From assembly GCF_001564455.1 (NCBI RefSeq), contig NZ_CP011391.1:2190001-2222000 (forward strand): a DNA stretch of 32,000 nucleotides. Reading direction: 5' to 3'. How positions within the stretch are numbered: position 1 is the stretch's first letter; each line of letters opens with the position of its first letter. Below are positions 23,172 through 31,554 of this stretch, piece by piece. The position numbers and the translations under genes are program-made. This DNA comes from Faecalibaculum rodentium. Its GTDB lineage: Bacteria > Bacillota_I > Bacilli_A > Erysipelotrichales > Erysipelotrichaceae. Under the pieces are notes generated by a model that saw nothing but the letters and a program-made list of their open reading frames with translations, was not told where the DNA came from and made no database searches.

Positions 23172-25739
23172 CTACACCTGCAGCCGCACATGGCTTGTGC
23201 CCTGATTCTTTTTTACCTGAATCTGGCGGTCAATGGCAGTCTTCAGCCCCGCCACATGGGAAATCACCGCCACACACCGGTACTGTGCGAGCTCCGACAG
23301 CACCTGCATGGCCTTGCTCAGGCTTTCCTCATCCAGCGATCCGAAGCCCTCGTCTATGAACAGCGTATCAATGCTGATCCCGGGATTTGCCGCCGCCACC
23401 CGGTCACTCAGGCCCATCGCCAGACAGAGACTCGCCTCAAAGGACTCGCCCCCCGACAAAGTCTGCACCGGACGCACCTCGCCGCTGAACCGGTCTTCCA
23501 CCGCCAGATCCAGCCCGGTCTTTCCTGCACCCTTTTTCTGGCCCTCGCTGCGCACCAGCCGGTACTGCCCCCGGGACAGCTGCAGGAACCGCCGGTTGGC
23601 TGCCTCCAGCACCTGATCCAGGTACATCATCTGCACCCAGGCCTCCAGGGAAATCCGCTGCATGCCACTCTGCGTTCCCGCCAAGGTCCGTGCCAGCATG
23701 GATACATCCGCCGATGCCTGCTCCAGCTCTGCCTGTTTCGCAAATCCGGCCTCCAGCTTCTTCAGCCGCTGCACATCGTTTCTCAGCACATGATCCCGCT
23801 CCTCCAGACGCCGCCGGTCTTCTTCGATATCCCCCGACAAAGTCTGGCGCCGGGTTTCCAGGTCCTTCACCGCCGCCTCAGATACCTGCTCTGCGTCCGG
23901 GATCTGGTCCATCGCCGCCTGTGCTTCCGCTGCCCGCGACTCGCAAGCCGCCAGCTGCTTCCGCGACTCCTGCAGCTCCCGGTCAAAGGCATCACACCGC
24001 TGCCGCCGCTCCCGGATCTCCGCCTCCAGTTCCTGTGCACCCCGGGTGCCTGTCAACAGAGCCGCCGATGAACGCAACCCAGCCAGTTTCGTCTCCAGAG
24101 CTGTCTGTTCTTTCCGCAAAGTCTCCAGCGCCTGTTCCCTGCCCGGCACCTGCCGCTCCAGCCGGGTCTTTTCCTCCATCTGCCTCTCCAGACCCTGGAG
24201 CATTGCCTTCGATTCCCGCAGCTTCTGGTCCAGCTCACGGACCGGTACGTCTTCCAGTAACGACAGCCGTCCCTCCCGTTCATGCACCGCCGCCGCAGCC
24301 TGCTGCTGCCTGACATCCGCTTCATGCGCCTTCTGCTTCAGACGCTGTACCTGTGCTTCATCCGGTACATCCTGTTCCAGAGGCGCCGGTGCCGGGTGAT
24401 CCACACTCCCGCACACAGGACAGGGCTGACCGGCTTCCAGTGACGCTGCCAGAATTCCCGCCTGTCCTGCCAGAAACCGCCGGTTTGCCCTGACCCAGGC
24501 ACCATTGGCCGCCTCGAATTTTTCCAGGGCCTGTCCAAGCGTTTTTCGCACTGCCTCCAGTTCCTGCACAAGCTGCGCACGCTCACGGGCACGGGTCTGC
24601 TGCTTCTCCAGCTCCGCGAGCACCGCCCTGGTCTGCTCCAGCTGTACCGGCACCTCCCGCAGCGCCTGCAGCCGGGTCCGGTCTGTTTCCAGTTCTGCCC
24701 CGGTTTTCCGGACTTCATCGCCCTTGCGGCCGATGCTTGCCTCCAGAGCCTCCATGTCGGTCTGCAGGCTCTCGGCTTTCCGGGCATCCGCTGCCTGTTT
24801 TTCCAGACCGCCAATGGAGTTCCGGTCTTTCGCAAACGCCGCTTCCTGCGGCTCCAGCTCTCTCAGACGCTTCCGGCAGTCCGCCTCTTCCTTGAGCGCT
24901 TTGTTCTTTCGCTCCAGCAGCAAGGCCTTCCGCTTCTGTTCCTGTGCCCGGGCCTTGAGCTGTTCTGCCTGCATGATCAGCCCCTGCAATGCGGTCTCCC
25001 GTTCCTTCAGAGAAGCCCTGGAAGTGCAGATCTCCGTCGCTTCCGCATCCAGCACCTTCCGGCACGCAGCCCCATCAAAGGGCACACCGTCATACAAAGA
25101 AAGCTGCCTGCGTCCCGTTTCATTCTCCGCCACACAGGCCTTGAGCTCCTCCCGCTTCAGCCGGGCCCGTTCCTGCAGCTCTGCCTGGATCCGGTCATAG
25201 AGTCCTGTCCCGAACAAGTCCCGGAAGATTTCCTGCCGGCGCTGGGAGTCCGCCGTGAGCAGATCCCGGAAAGCACCCTGGGCAATGAGCACCGTCTGGG
25301 AAAACTGGGCCGCGTCCAGTCCCAGCAGGTCGCGGATCCGCGTTGCGGCTTCCCGGTTTTCCAGCACCCCGGTCTCCGTCTTAAGCTCCAGACGCTCGGG
25401 GTCCGGGGTTTTCTTGAATTCCTTTTTGTTTTTCTTCAGCTTCGTCTGCATGGGTTCGCGCGTGACGGTATAAACCTGTCCCTTTTCCTCGAAAGTCAGC
25501 GACACCCGGGTGACGGTCCCCGGTTCAGCGTTCTTGCACCGCAGCATCTGCGCATCCCGTTCCCGCTGCGAGGGCTGGCCATAGAGGGCATACATGAGGC
25601 CATCAAAGAGCACGGTTTTCCCCGCCCCGGTTTCTCCCGTGATCAGGATCAGGCCCTGTCCCCCGAAGGCCGCAAAGTCAATCACTTCCCGGTTCGCATA
25701 GGGGCCAAAGGCCTCCAGTTCCAGTTTCAGCGGTTTCAT
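23172..25739 (-). CDS. sbcC: SbcC/Rad50-family ATPase subunit of the SbcCD nuclease
   Basis: 855 aa. Walker A GETGAGKT, long coiled coil with a central zinc hook CPVCGS, signature LSGGESF, Walker B LFIDEGFGSLD. ATGA overlap with the sbcD stop. Confidence 0.92.
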   Translation of the reverse strand: MKPLKLELEAFGPYANREVIDFAAFGGQGLILITGETGAGKTVLFDGLMYALYGQPSQRERDAQMLRCKNAEPGTVTRVSLTFEEKGQVYTVTREPMQTKLKKNKKEFKKTPDPERLELKTETGVLENREAATRIRDLLGLDAAQFSQTVLIAQGAFRDLLTADSQRRQEIFRDLFGTGLYDRIQAELQERARLKREELKACVAENETGRRQLSLYDGVPFDGAACRKVLDAEATEICTSRASLKERETALQGLIMQAEQLKARAQEQKRKALLLERKNKALKEEADCRKRLRELEPQEAAFAKDRNSIGGLEKQAADARKAESLQTDMEALEASIGRKGDEVRKTGAELETDRTRLQALREVPVQLEQTRAVLAELEKQQTRARERAQLVQELEAVRKTLGQALEKFEAANGAWVRANRRFLAGQAGILAASLEAGQPCPVCGSVDHPAPAPLEQDVPDEAQVQRLKQKAHEADVRQQQAAAAVHEREGRLSLLEDVPVRELDQKLRESKAMLQGLERQMEEKTRLERQVPGREQALETLRKEQTALETKLAGLRSSAALLTGTRGAQELEAEIRERRQRCDAFDRELQESRKQLAACESRAAEAQAAMDQIPDAEQVSEAAVKDLETRRQTLSGDIEEDRRRLEERDHVLRNDVQRLKKLEAGFAKQAELEQASADVSMLARTLAGTQSGMQRISLEAWVQMMYLDQVLEAANRRFLQLSRGQYRLVRSEGQKKGAGKTGLDLAVEDRFSGEVRPVQTLSGGESFEASLCLAMGLSDRVAAANPGISIDTLFIDEGFGSLDEESLSKAMQVLSELAQYRCVAVISHVAGLKTAIDRQIQVKKNQGTSHVRLQV

Positions 25740-26869
25740 ACAGCCTCCATTTCTTCCAGCAACTCCGCCAGCAACGCCTCCTGCCGTTCGTTCAGATCCT
25801 GTCCGTTCTGCGACCGGTAGAATTCCCGGATGTTGTCCGTCGGATCCTCGCTACGGACCGCTGCAGCCACACCCGCGGCTTCCTGGACACGGGCTTCCAG
25901 GGCTTCGTAGCCCAGTCCCACCAGGCGCGGCCAGCATTCCTGGAGATGCATCAGCGCCATGGGGTTGGGCTGTTCATCCTGCAGTGCCGCATAGACATAG
26001 GCATTCCGGTCACGGGATGCCACAAACACCGGATCCGTGAGCTCGGCCAGCGTACCGGAGAGCTTTTCAAATCCGCGCAGCGGTTCAATGGAAACCGGCT
26101 CCACTTTCACCCGCATGCCAGGCAGCGCCGATGGATCCACATCCACCACCAGTGCTCCCTTTTTCTGATTCAGCTCGCTGATGGAAAGACGCTGGAGCGT
26201 CCCGGGATACCAGACATTGTCGCCGATGCACTGCGGCGAATGGAGGTGGCCCATCGCCACATAGTCGTAGTCCCTGAAGGTGTCGGCCGCGATTTCATCC
26301 AGTCCCCCCACCATGACTGACTCCGACTCGCAGGTCGTGGCGCCAGAGACAAACTGATGGCTGATGAGGACATGGGCCTTGTCCGGATCCAGCGTCTGGC
26401 GTGCCAGGACCTGTTCCATCATGTCCTGGAAGGAAGCGGGGCGGGTGCCCAGAACCCCGGCAGTGGAAAAGGGCTTGATGAAGGGCAGGAGGTGGAAGAC
26501 CACGCCGTCCAGTTCCACCGCGCGGATGGCCCCGTCATACACCGTCTCCAGGTAAATGTCGCGGTCTTCCAGAAAGGAACGGGCGTAGCCCAGCTTCTTT
26601 GGTGAATCATGGTTACCTGCGATCATGAGCACCGTCAGCCCGCTGTCCTTCAACCGGTTCATGAAGCGGTCCAGCACAGCCACAGCCTCGGCCCCCGGAT
26701 CCTGCCGGTCATAAATGTCCCCGGCAATCACCAGGGCATCACACTGCAGGTCCTGCGCCTTTTGAATCACTTTCCTGAGCAGGTCTTCCTGCAGGTCCAG
26801 AAACTCCCGCGGATCCTGATGGTAAAAGGACTTGCCGATGTGCAAGTCCGATACGTGCAGAAATCTCAT
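25736..26869 (-). CDS. sbcD: SbcD/Mre11-family nuclease subunit
   Basis: MRFLHVSDLHIG, AGDIYDR, IAGNHDS and GHLH calcineurin-like phosphoesterase motifs. Start at ATG 26869, which overlaps the upstream CPBP stop (ATGA). The ORF-track start at 26941 adds 24 non-conserved residues. Confidence 0.9.
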   Translation of the reverse strand: MRFLHVSDLHIGKSFYHQDPREFLDLQEDLLRKVIQKAQDLQCDALVIAGDIYDRQDPGAEAVAVLDRFMNRLKDSGLTVLMIAGNHDSPKKLGYARSFLEDRDIYLETVYDGAIRAVELDGVVFHLLPFIKPFSTAGVLGTRPASFQDMMEQVLARQTLDPDKAHVLISHQFVSGATTCESESVMVGGLDEIAADTFRDYDYVAMGHLHSPQCIGDNVWYPGTLQRLSISELNQKKGALVVDVDPSALPGMRVKVEPVSIEPLRGFEKLSGTLAELTDPVFVASRDRNAYVYAALQDEQPNPMALMHLQECWPRLVGLGYEALEARVQEAAGVAAAVRSEDPTDNIREFYRSQNGQDLNERQEALLAELLEEMEAV

Positions 26870-27720
26870 CCCATCACCGCCATATAGACACTGAATCCCA
26901 GGAAGGCAACGCCCACCAGCCAGAACAGGGGCGCTTTCCATACACAGCGAAACAGGGCCCGCTTTTCCATGAGCTGGTGCCAGGCCTGCCGTATGGCGGG
27001 CACCATGAGAATTGTCACGACCAGTCCCAGAACGGCCAGGACCAGGAGCAGAATGATCAGCAGTGGAAACCAGCCGACAAGCAGTGCCATGGAGTTGTTG
27101 ATCACGTGCAGCAGGATTGGCACCCAGAGACTGCCGGTCTGTTCATACGCCCAGCAGAAGATCAGGGCCATGAAAAATACCGGGATCCCCTGCGTGAAGT
27201 TCATGTGCAGAAAGGAAAATGCCAGACTGCTGATGATGGCCGCAAACACCGGGCTGTACCGCTTTAGACAGTTGTAGGCGAATCCCCGGAAGAACAGTTC
27301 TTCGATCACCGGGCCGATCACGCCAATGATGAAAAACATGCCGATCTTGTCCGCCGTGGAGAACACAGCCGGCAGCTGCTGGCTGGAGGTTCCCAGAAGT
27401 GCCCAGAGCAGGCTGAAGCCAATGGACCAGAAAAAGGTCATGGGAACCGCCCGGAGAAGAGTCGGCAAGGTCCGGTGTCCCAGAGTGGACAGCCCTGTGA
27501 GGGGGGTGCCGGTCAGAACCAGGGCCATGGCCAGTGCGGGCAGGCCGCAAAGCACTGCCGCAGCCATGAACACCGTCGTACTGACGGGCCAGCCAAAGAT
27601 CAGGGGCAGTGAGGTGAGAAAGCCGGCTGCCACCTGCAGGATGAGGTACGCCCAGAGGGAGATGCCAATGCGCTGAATGCGCTGCGTGCAGTTCAGCGAC
27701 TGCCTGTTGTCATGATTCAT
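26866..27720 (-). CDS. CPBP-family (CAAX/Abi-type) intramembrane glutamic endopeptidase
   Basis: 284 aa from MNHDNRQS. Motifs EELFFRGF, FSFLH and HVINN. The 432 aa ORF in the track is an artefactual N-terminal extension that overlaps the PAP2 gene out of frame. ATG 27720 overlaps the PAP2 stop (ATGA). Confidence 0.85.
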   Translation of the reverse strand: MNHDNRQSLNCTQRIQRIGISLWAYLILQVAAGFLTSLPLIFGWPVSTTVFMAAAVLCGLPALAMALVLTGTPLTGLSTLGHRTLPTLLRAVPMTFFWSIGFSLLWALLGTSSQQLPAVFSTADKIGMFFIIGVIGPVIEELFFRGFAYNCLKRYSPVFAAIISSLAFSFLHMNFTQGIPVFFMALIFCWAYEQTGSLWVPILLHVINNSMALLVGWFPLLIILLLVLAVLGLVVTILMVPAIRQAWHQLMEKRALFRCVWKAPLFWLVGVAFLGFSVYMAVMG

Positions 27721-28229
27721 ATCGACTCCTTTCGATGGCGAATCGCACGGTTCCAGAGACGGGTGACGATCCAGCAGCAAAGCAGAGAGAGCACGATGCC
27801 GCCCAGCAGATCCGTCGGGTAATGCACCCCTAGATAGAGCCGGGAGAGGGCAATACCCACCGCATAGAGAAGGACCAGGGGCCACCAGCGGTTTTTCGCG
27901 AAGAGTGTCCCCCAGAACAGGGCAAAGGCTGCGGCGGTGTGGCTCGAGGGAAAGGAAGAGCCACCGGGTATGGGCCCCACCCGCTCCAGACCGGGTATGG
28001 TCAGAAAGGGACGGGGTTCCTGAAAGAGCGCCTTGAGAAGCGTGGAGCATACCATGGTCAGGGCCAGTCCAAGCAGGACACGAAGGGCCAGAGACCGGGT
28101 TTTGCGAAAGCAGAGGAGCACAGCTGCAAACGCTGTGGCGATCCAGATGGTGTTGGTGAAACACAGCACCAGATCATTGAGTGACGGCTGGCGCAAAGTC
28201 TGAAACCAGAGCAGAATCTGCGCGTTCAC
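27717..28229 (-). CDS. PAP2-family lipid phosphatase (undecaprenyl-diphosphatase/BcrC-like)
   Basis: 170 aa. The PAP2 motifs run ...LKALFQEPRP..., PSSHTAAAFA, SRLYLGVHYPTDLLGG. The GTG start overlaps the upstream stop (GTGA). Confidence 0.85.
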   Translation of the reverse strand: MNAQILLWFQTLRQPSLNDLVLCFTNTIWIATAFAAVLLCFRKTRSLALRVLLGLALTMVCSTLLKALFQEPRPFLTIPGLERVGPIPGGSSFPSSHTAAAFALFWGTLFAKNRWWPLVLLYAVGIALSRLYLGVHYPTDLLGGIVLSLLCCWIVTRLWNRAIRHRKESI

Positions 28230-28468
28230 TGACGGTACCTGAGCTTTCCGTAATACTGCACATCCGAGGCTTCATCCATCGCCAATGGCGGAGTGTGCAG
28301 AGCAAATTCCCGCCCGGCCCAGAGAGAAGCAAAGTCCGAAAGGGAAAGCCGGGCTGTCCACCCATCGGTGCTGACAAGCACTGTGCTGCCACGCTGCTTT
28401 AAAAGAGATCTGCCAGAGCGCAGGGTATTCCCTGCCTCCAGTTCCTTCATTGCCTGTTCAATATACAT
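28226..28468 (-). CDS. Hypothetical 80 aa protein, first gene of the coupled chain
   Basis: ORF with no SD. A TGaTATGAT extended -10 (hexamer 28480..28475) ends 6 nt before the ATG, which would be compatible with a leaderless transcript. No recognisable motif. Confidence 0.4.
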   Translation of the reverse strand: MYIEQAMKELEAGNTLRSGRSLLKQRGSTVLVSTDGWTARLSLSDFASLWAGREFALHTPPLAMDEASDVQYYGKLRYRQ

Positions 28469-28546
28469 AGTGACATCATATCATGGTCCATTTTCTTCCA
28501 CCCATCCGTCCCGTGCTTTTGTCTGTTTCGTGCAGGAAACAGGCAT

Positions 28547-28573
28547 GAAAAAAGCCCCCTGAGAAATCAGGAG
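28547..28573 (-). terminator. Intrinsic terminator after rubrerythrin
   Basis: Minus strand: CTCCTGA-tttc-TCAGGGG followed by GCTTTTTTC. Confidence 0.7.
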
Positions 28574-28601
28574 ACTTTATGATTCGGAATTCTGTGAAAG
28601 A

Positions 28602-29144
28602 CTAGCAGTTGTAGTCGATCAGTTCCTGGAACCAGGCCTGCGGGTGAGCGCATACCGGGCACTTGAGAGGAGCCGTTTCAGACTCGGCAATGTAGCCGCA
28701 GTTCAGGCAGATCCATTTAACCTTCTCGGGCTTGGAGAACAGTGTCTTGTTTTCCAGCTGATCCAGCATGGCCTGGTACCGGTTGCGGTGGTGCAGCTCG
28801 ATGTTGCCGATCATGCGCATCTTTGCAGCGATTTCCTTGAAGCCTTCTTCTTCGGCTGTCTTGGCGAAATCTGCATACATGTCAGCCCACTCGAAGTTTT
28901 CGCCTTCCCATGCATCCTTCAGGTTCTGCTCAGTACCGGGAACTTCACCGTCGTGCAGATACTTGAACCACTGCTTTGCGTGTGCTTCTTCGTTTCCGGA
29001 TGTCTGGTTGAAGATGTTGCGGATTACGATATAGCCGTCCTTCTGGGCCTGTTTCGCATACCACTGATATTTTGTAAATGCCTGGCATTCACCGGCGAAC
29101 GCTGTCATCAGGTTCTGTTCAGTTTTTGATCCTTTTAATTCCAT
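28602..29144 (-). CDS. rbr: Rubrerythrin
   Basis: Ferritin-like di-iron domain with ExxH motifs (NEEAHA; NIELHH), plus a C-terminal rubredoxin-like CLNCG...CPVC. Start at ATG 29144 (RBS GGAGGTaatcatccaATG). Confidence 0.92.
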   Translation of the reverse strand: MELKGSKTEQNLMTAFAGECQAFTKYQWYAKQAQKDGYIVIRNIFNQTSGNEEAHAKQWFKYLHDGEVPGTEQNLKDAWEGENFEWADMYADFAKTAEEEGFKEIAAKMRMIGNIELHHRNRYQAMLDQLENKTLFSKPEKVKWICLNCGYIAESETAPLKCPVCAHPQAWFQELIDYNC

Positions 29145-29169
29145 TGGATGATTACCTCCGTCTGCACCC

Positions 29170-29199
29170 ATTGTAGTCTTTTTCAGCCTAAAGTTTCAA
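29170..29199 (-). promoter_or_regulatory. Candidate rubrerythrin promoter
   Basis: Minus strand: TTGAAA (29199..29194), 18 nt spacer, TACAAT (29175..29170). Confidence 0.5.
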
Positions 29200-29208
29200 C
29201 TGGGTCAA

Positions 29209-29601
29209 TCAATCTGCACTGGCCCAGGAAGGGGCTTCGTTTCCCCGCCGCACCAGGATGGCTTTCTGGAACTCCGTCTGATTCAGGAACTCCAGAATAC
29301 GCAGAATTTCGTGTTCCGTGCACCCGGTGATCAGTTTCACTTCGCAGTCTTTTTTCAGAATATCCGCAGATACCGCAATGGCCTGCACCTTCATGCCGCC
29401 CTTTGAACCCTTGAAGACGTCGATGGGTGCCTGGTCAGAACCAGTTGTGTCCGTCAGAAACCCGTAGTCCACCGGATATACCAGGTTGCGGTACTTGAAG
29501 TGATGGCTTCCCTTCGGACGGTCGATGGTGCAGCTGCTTGACAGCAGAAGAGTATCCAGTTTCTGCCAGAAGAATATGTTGTTTTCCAGTTGACCTTCCA
29601 T
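29209..29601 (-). CDS. Small inorganic-pyrophosphatase-like protein
   Basis: 130 aa with IDRPKGSHH...YPVDYGFL...D.APIDVF. This resembles the DRPxGSxHP...YPxNYG pattern of short proteins usually annotated as inorganic diphosphatase. The assignment is from memory of that pattern only. Confidence 0.5.
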   Translation of the reverse strand: MEGQLENNIFFWQKLDTLLLSSSCTIDRPKGSHHFKYRNLVYPVDYGFLTDTTGSDQAPIDVFKGSKGGMKVQAIAVSADILKKDCEVKLITGCTEHEILRILEFLNQTEFQKAILVRRGNEAPSWASAD

Positions 29602-29710
29602 GATGACCCTCCAAACAATGCCTTTCCATTATATAGCCTGCTATCAGAGATTGAAACATTTTTCATGAAAATCCCTTTTGTTTCAAAGACATTCCGCAAA
29701 CCAGTGAAAC

Positions 29711-30436
29711 CTAGTGGCCACGGGGTACAAAGTCATGCAGTGAGACTTCCCGCACCCGGTCTGCATAGAGCAGCTGCACAAAAATCACCGCCAGGGGAAT
29801 CAGTGCCATCCAGATCGTCCGCCCCGAAAAATACCGGCAGAGAAAGGAAGCGAGAATGCCTCCCATGACAAACACAACAAGCATCGCAGAATGCATGGTC
29901 ATTCGCCGATGGACCAGGACACTGCCGGGATGGCGGAAATATTTCACCAGGGAGATCCCCAGCTGGCGCAGGTGATTGGTGCAGAACGTGGTGGCCATGG
30001 GGATGCCCCTGGCCTGGCGGAATGTGTTGTACTGCATGGAACAGATGAGATTGACTGCCACCTGTGAAATCTGGAAGGGGGCAGAATCCGGAATGAAGCC
30101 CAAAAGCAGCACTACGAGTATTTCTATTCCTATTAACAGCGTATCCCACCGGAGCATGTAACGGCGACGGATTGGCCCGGGAAGGAGTTCACTGAGCATG
30201 GATCCAAGCAGATAGGCGCTCATGGGAATCAGATAGTAGAGGGCACCGAGCCATTCTCCCTGTCCGAGTTTCATGGAAAAGAGGACAAAGTTGGCAGTCT
30301 GCGCGTTGCAGAAGACACCGCCACGGCAGGAGTAGGTGTAGGCGCCATAAAATCCTCCCACAAACATGAGCAGGAGGAAAATGTGGCGTTTCTCACATTC
30401 CAGGTAGATTTCACGATTGGTTTCTGATGCTTTCAT
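29711..30436 (-). CDS. YoaK-family (DUF1275/UPF0700) membrane protein
   Basis: 241 aa, about six TMs. LLLMFVGGFYGAYTY..GGVFCNAQTANFV resembles the DUF1275 N-terminal signature (GG..DA.....G.F...QTGN). Confidence 0.7.
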   Translation of the reverse strand: MKASETNREIYLECEKRHIFLLLMFVGGFYGAYTYSCRGGVFCNAQTANFVLFSMKLGQGEWLGALYYLIPMSAYLLGSMLSELLPGPIRRRYMLRWDTLLIGIEILVVLLLGFIPDSAPFQISQVAVNLICSMQYNTFRQARGIPMATTFCTNHLRQLGISLVKYFRHPGSVLVHRRMTMHSAMLVVFVMGGILASFLCRYFSGRTIWMALIPLAVIFVQLLYADRVREVSLHDFVPRGH

Positions 30437-30493
30437 GGGTTCAGTATAGTCCGGCAGGAAGGTGGAGATATGAGGAAAACGGTTTCAGGATTG

Positions 30494-30520
30494 AAAAGGG
30501 AGAGGAACGGGTCCTCTCCG
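30494..30520 (-). terminator. Terminator-like hairpin, copy 1 of a duplicated 26 nt element
   Basis: GGAGAGGA-acggg-TCCTCTCC. The minus strand follows it with CTTTTCAA (short U-run). It lies 90 nt downstream of the disrupted gene. Confidence 0.45.
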
Positions 30521-30609
30521 GGAATGCCTATATCTATTGCATTCTGCGCAATTGGAAGAAGACTGTTAGGATGACTCTACGCCTTTCCAGTCCCCTTCAT
30601 GAAGCGCGA

Positions 30610-31132
30610 CTATTGTTTTTTTGCCTTTTCCAGCTGCTCTTCGAGTATTTTGATGTATTGGTCCTTTGCGGCGAGCTGTCGTTTCTGGTCCGCAAGCTGC
30701 CGCTTCTGATCCGCGAGCTGAGTCTGGTATTCCTTTACCTGCCGGCGTTCTTTCTTTCCTAGTGTATAGAAATGGGTGTCATAGTAATCCTGCGTTGCGG
30801 TTTCAATCATTCTTGTCATTTTCACACCTTCTGTCTCCATGAATCTGATTGCTTTCTTTCTGTCGGAATCAAACAGCCGGCCAAGCGCCAGAACTGTTTT
30901 ATCCCTTGAATTTTCCCATTGTTCGTTGAGAAATACAATTCGGCTATCCACCATCCCCTCAAAAGCTTCCATGACATGACGGATATATGTATCCTTTTCT
31001 CCTGTGTATTCCAAATGGAAATTCTCCTGTGTATTCCAAATGGAAACTTTTCTTCAAGACACCCAGACTGGAAGAAAACGGCAGGATCCACAGTGACTTA
31101 ACGAGCTTCTGTCCCCTGTAGTTCTTATCCAT
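30610..31132 (-). pseudogene. Hypothetical coiled-coil protein gene disrupted by a 25 bp tandem duplication
   Basis: ATG at 31132 reads MDKNYRGQKLVK...HLEYTGE, then shifts frame at the duplication. The downstream frame reads EYTGEKDTYIRHVMEAF...EEQLEKAKKQ to 30610. 523 nt minus 25 nt is 498 nt, exactly 166 codons. Confidence 0.7.
30997..31046. repeat. Perfect 25 bp x 2 tandem duplication
   Basis: TTCTCCTGTGTATTCCAAATGGAAA occurs at 30997..31021 and again at 31022..31046, with no mismatch. Confidence 0.97.
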
Positions 31133-31165
31133 GCCAAATCCAAGGCAGGATTGATTTGACGCTTC

Positions 31166-31196
31166 CAAAGAAAAAGGAGAGGAACGGGTCCTCTCC
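31166..31196 (-). terminator. Intrinsic terminator, copy 2 of the duplicated hairpin element
   Basis: Same GGAGAGGA-acggg-TCCTCTCC hairpin. The minus strand follows it with TTTTTCTTTGG. Confidence 0.65.
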
Positions 31197-31554
31197 GATA
31201 GTATGTATGGCGATGATGAGAAAGGTGTATGCACCTTCTTAAGAAATGGAACATCACTTTCCAAAGCGATTTAGGATTTCCGCCCATTTCCGGGTTATGA
31301 GTTTGACTGCAGGTCCCCGAAAAATATACGGCATAGTTCGGAATCTTCAACCCGTTGTTTTGTCGTACAGTCATGGCGCCGTGAAAGTCTGATTTTTCTG
31401 AAACGGATAATTATATTTCCATCATCTAATGCAAGCAAGTACTGGTTCATAGCGGATATTACTGGGTTCCCAAAAAAATAACTTATATTTGTAATAATTT
31501 ACTATTTTTATTCAACTACCAAAATATTATGTCTTTCACACTATCCACTTTCAA

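Noticed and set aside
22449-24071. A 540 aa plus-strand ORF spanning the ansA/sbcC region. Similar long plus-strand ORFs lie at 3137..4219 (360 aa), 8311..9237 (308 aa), 15687..16520 (277 aa), 1927..2676 (249 aa) and 4366..5043 (225 aa).
   Set aside because: All are antisense to minus-strand genes that carry unambiguous family motifs. Their translations are R/H/P/L/Q-rich low-complexity strings with no motifs or RBS. The 540 aa ORF even runs through an intergenic region. This is the typical stop-codon-poor antisense frame of GC-rich coding DNA.
26866-28164. A 432 aa ORF suggesting a large fusion protein upstream of sbcD.
   Set aside because: The first 148 codons overlap the PAP2 gene in another frame and are P/S/G/L-rich with no TM pattern. 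The CPBP homology begins at the internal MNHDNRQS, whose ATG forms an ATGA overlap with the PAP2 stop.
31054-31374. 106 aa and 101 aa minus-strand ORFs between the AT-rich island and the disrupted gene.
   Set aside because: Both read through the strong terminator hairpin at 31176..31196. Their upstream parts have no RBS. The distal part of the 101 aa ORF is accounted for as the 5' fragment of the gene split by the duplication.
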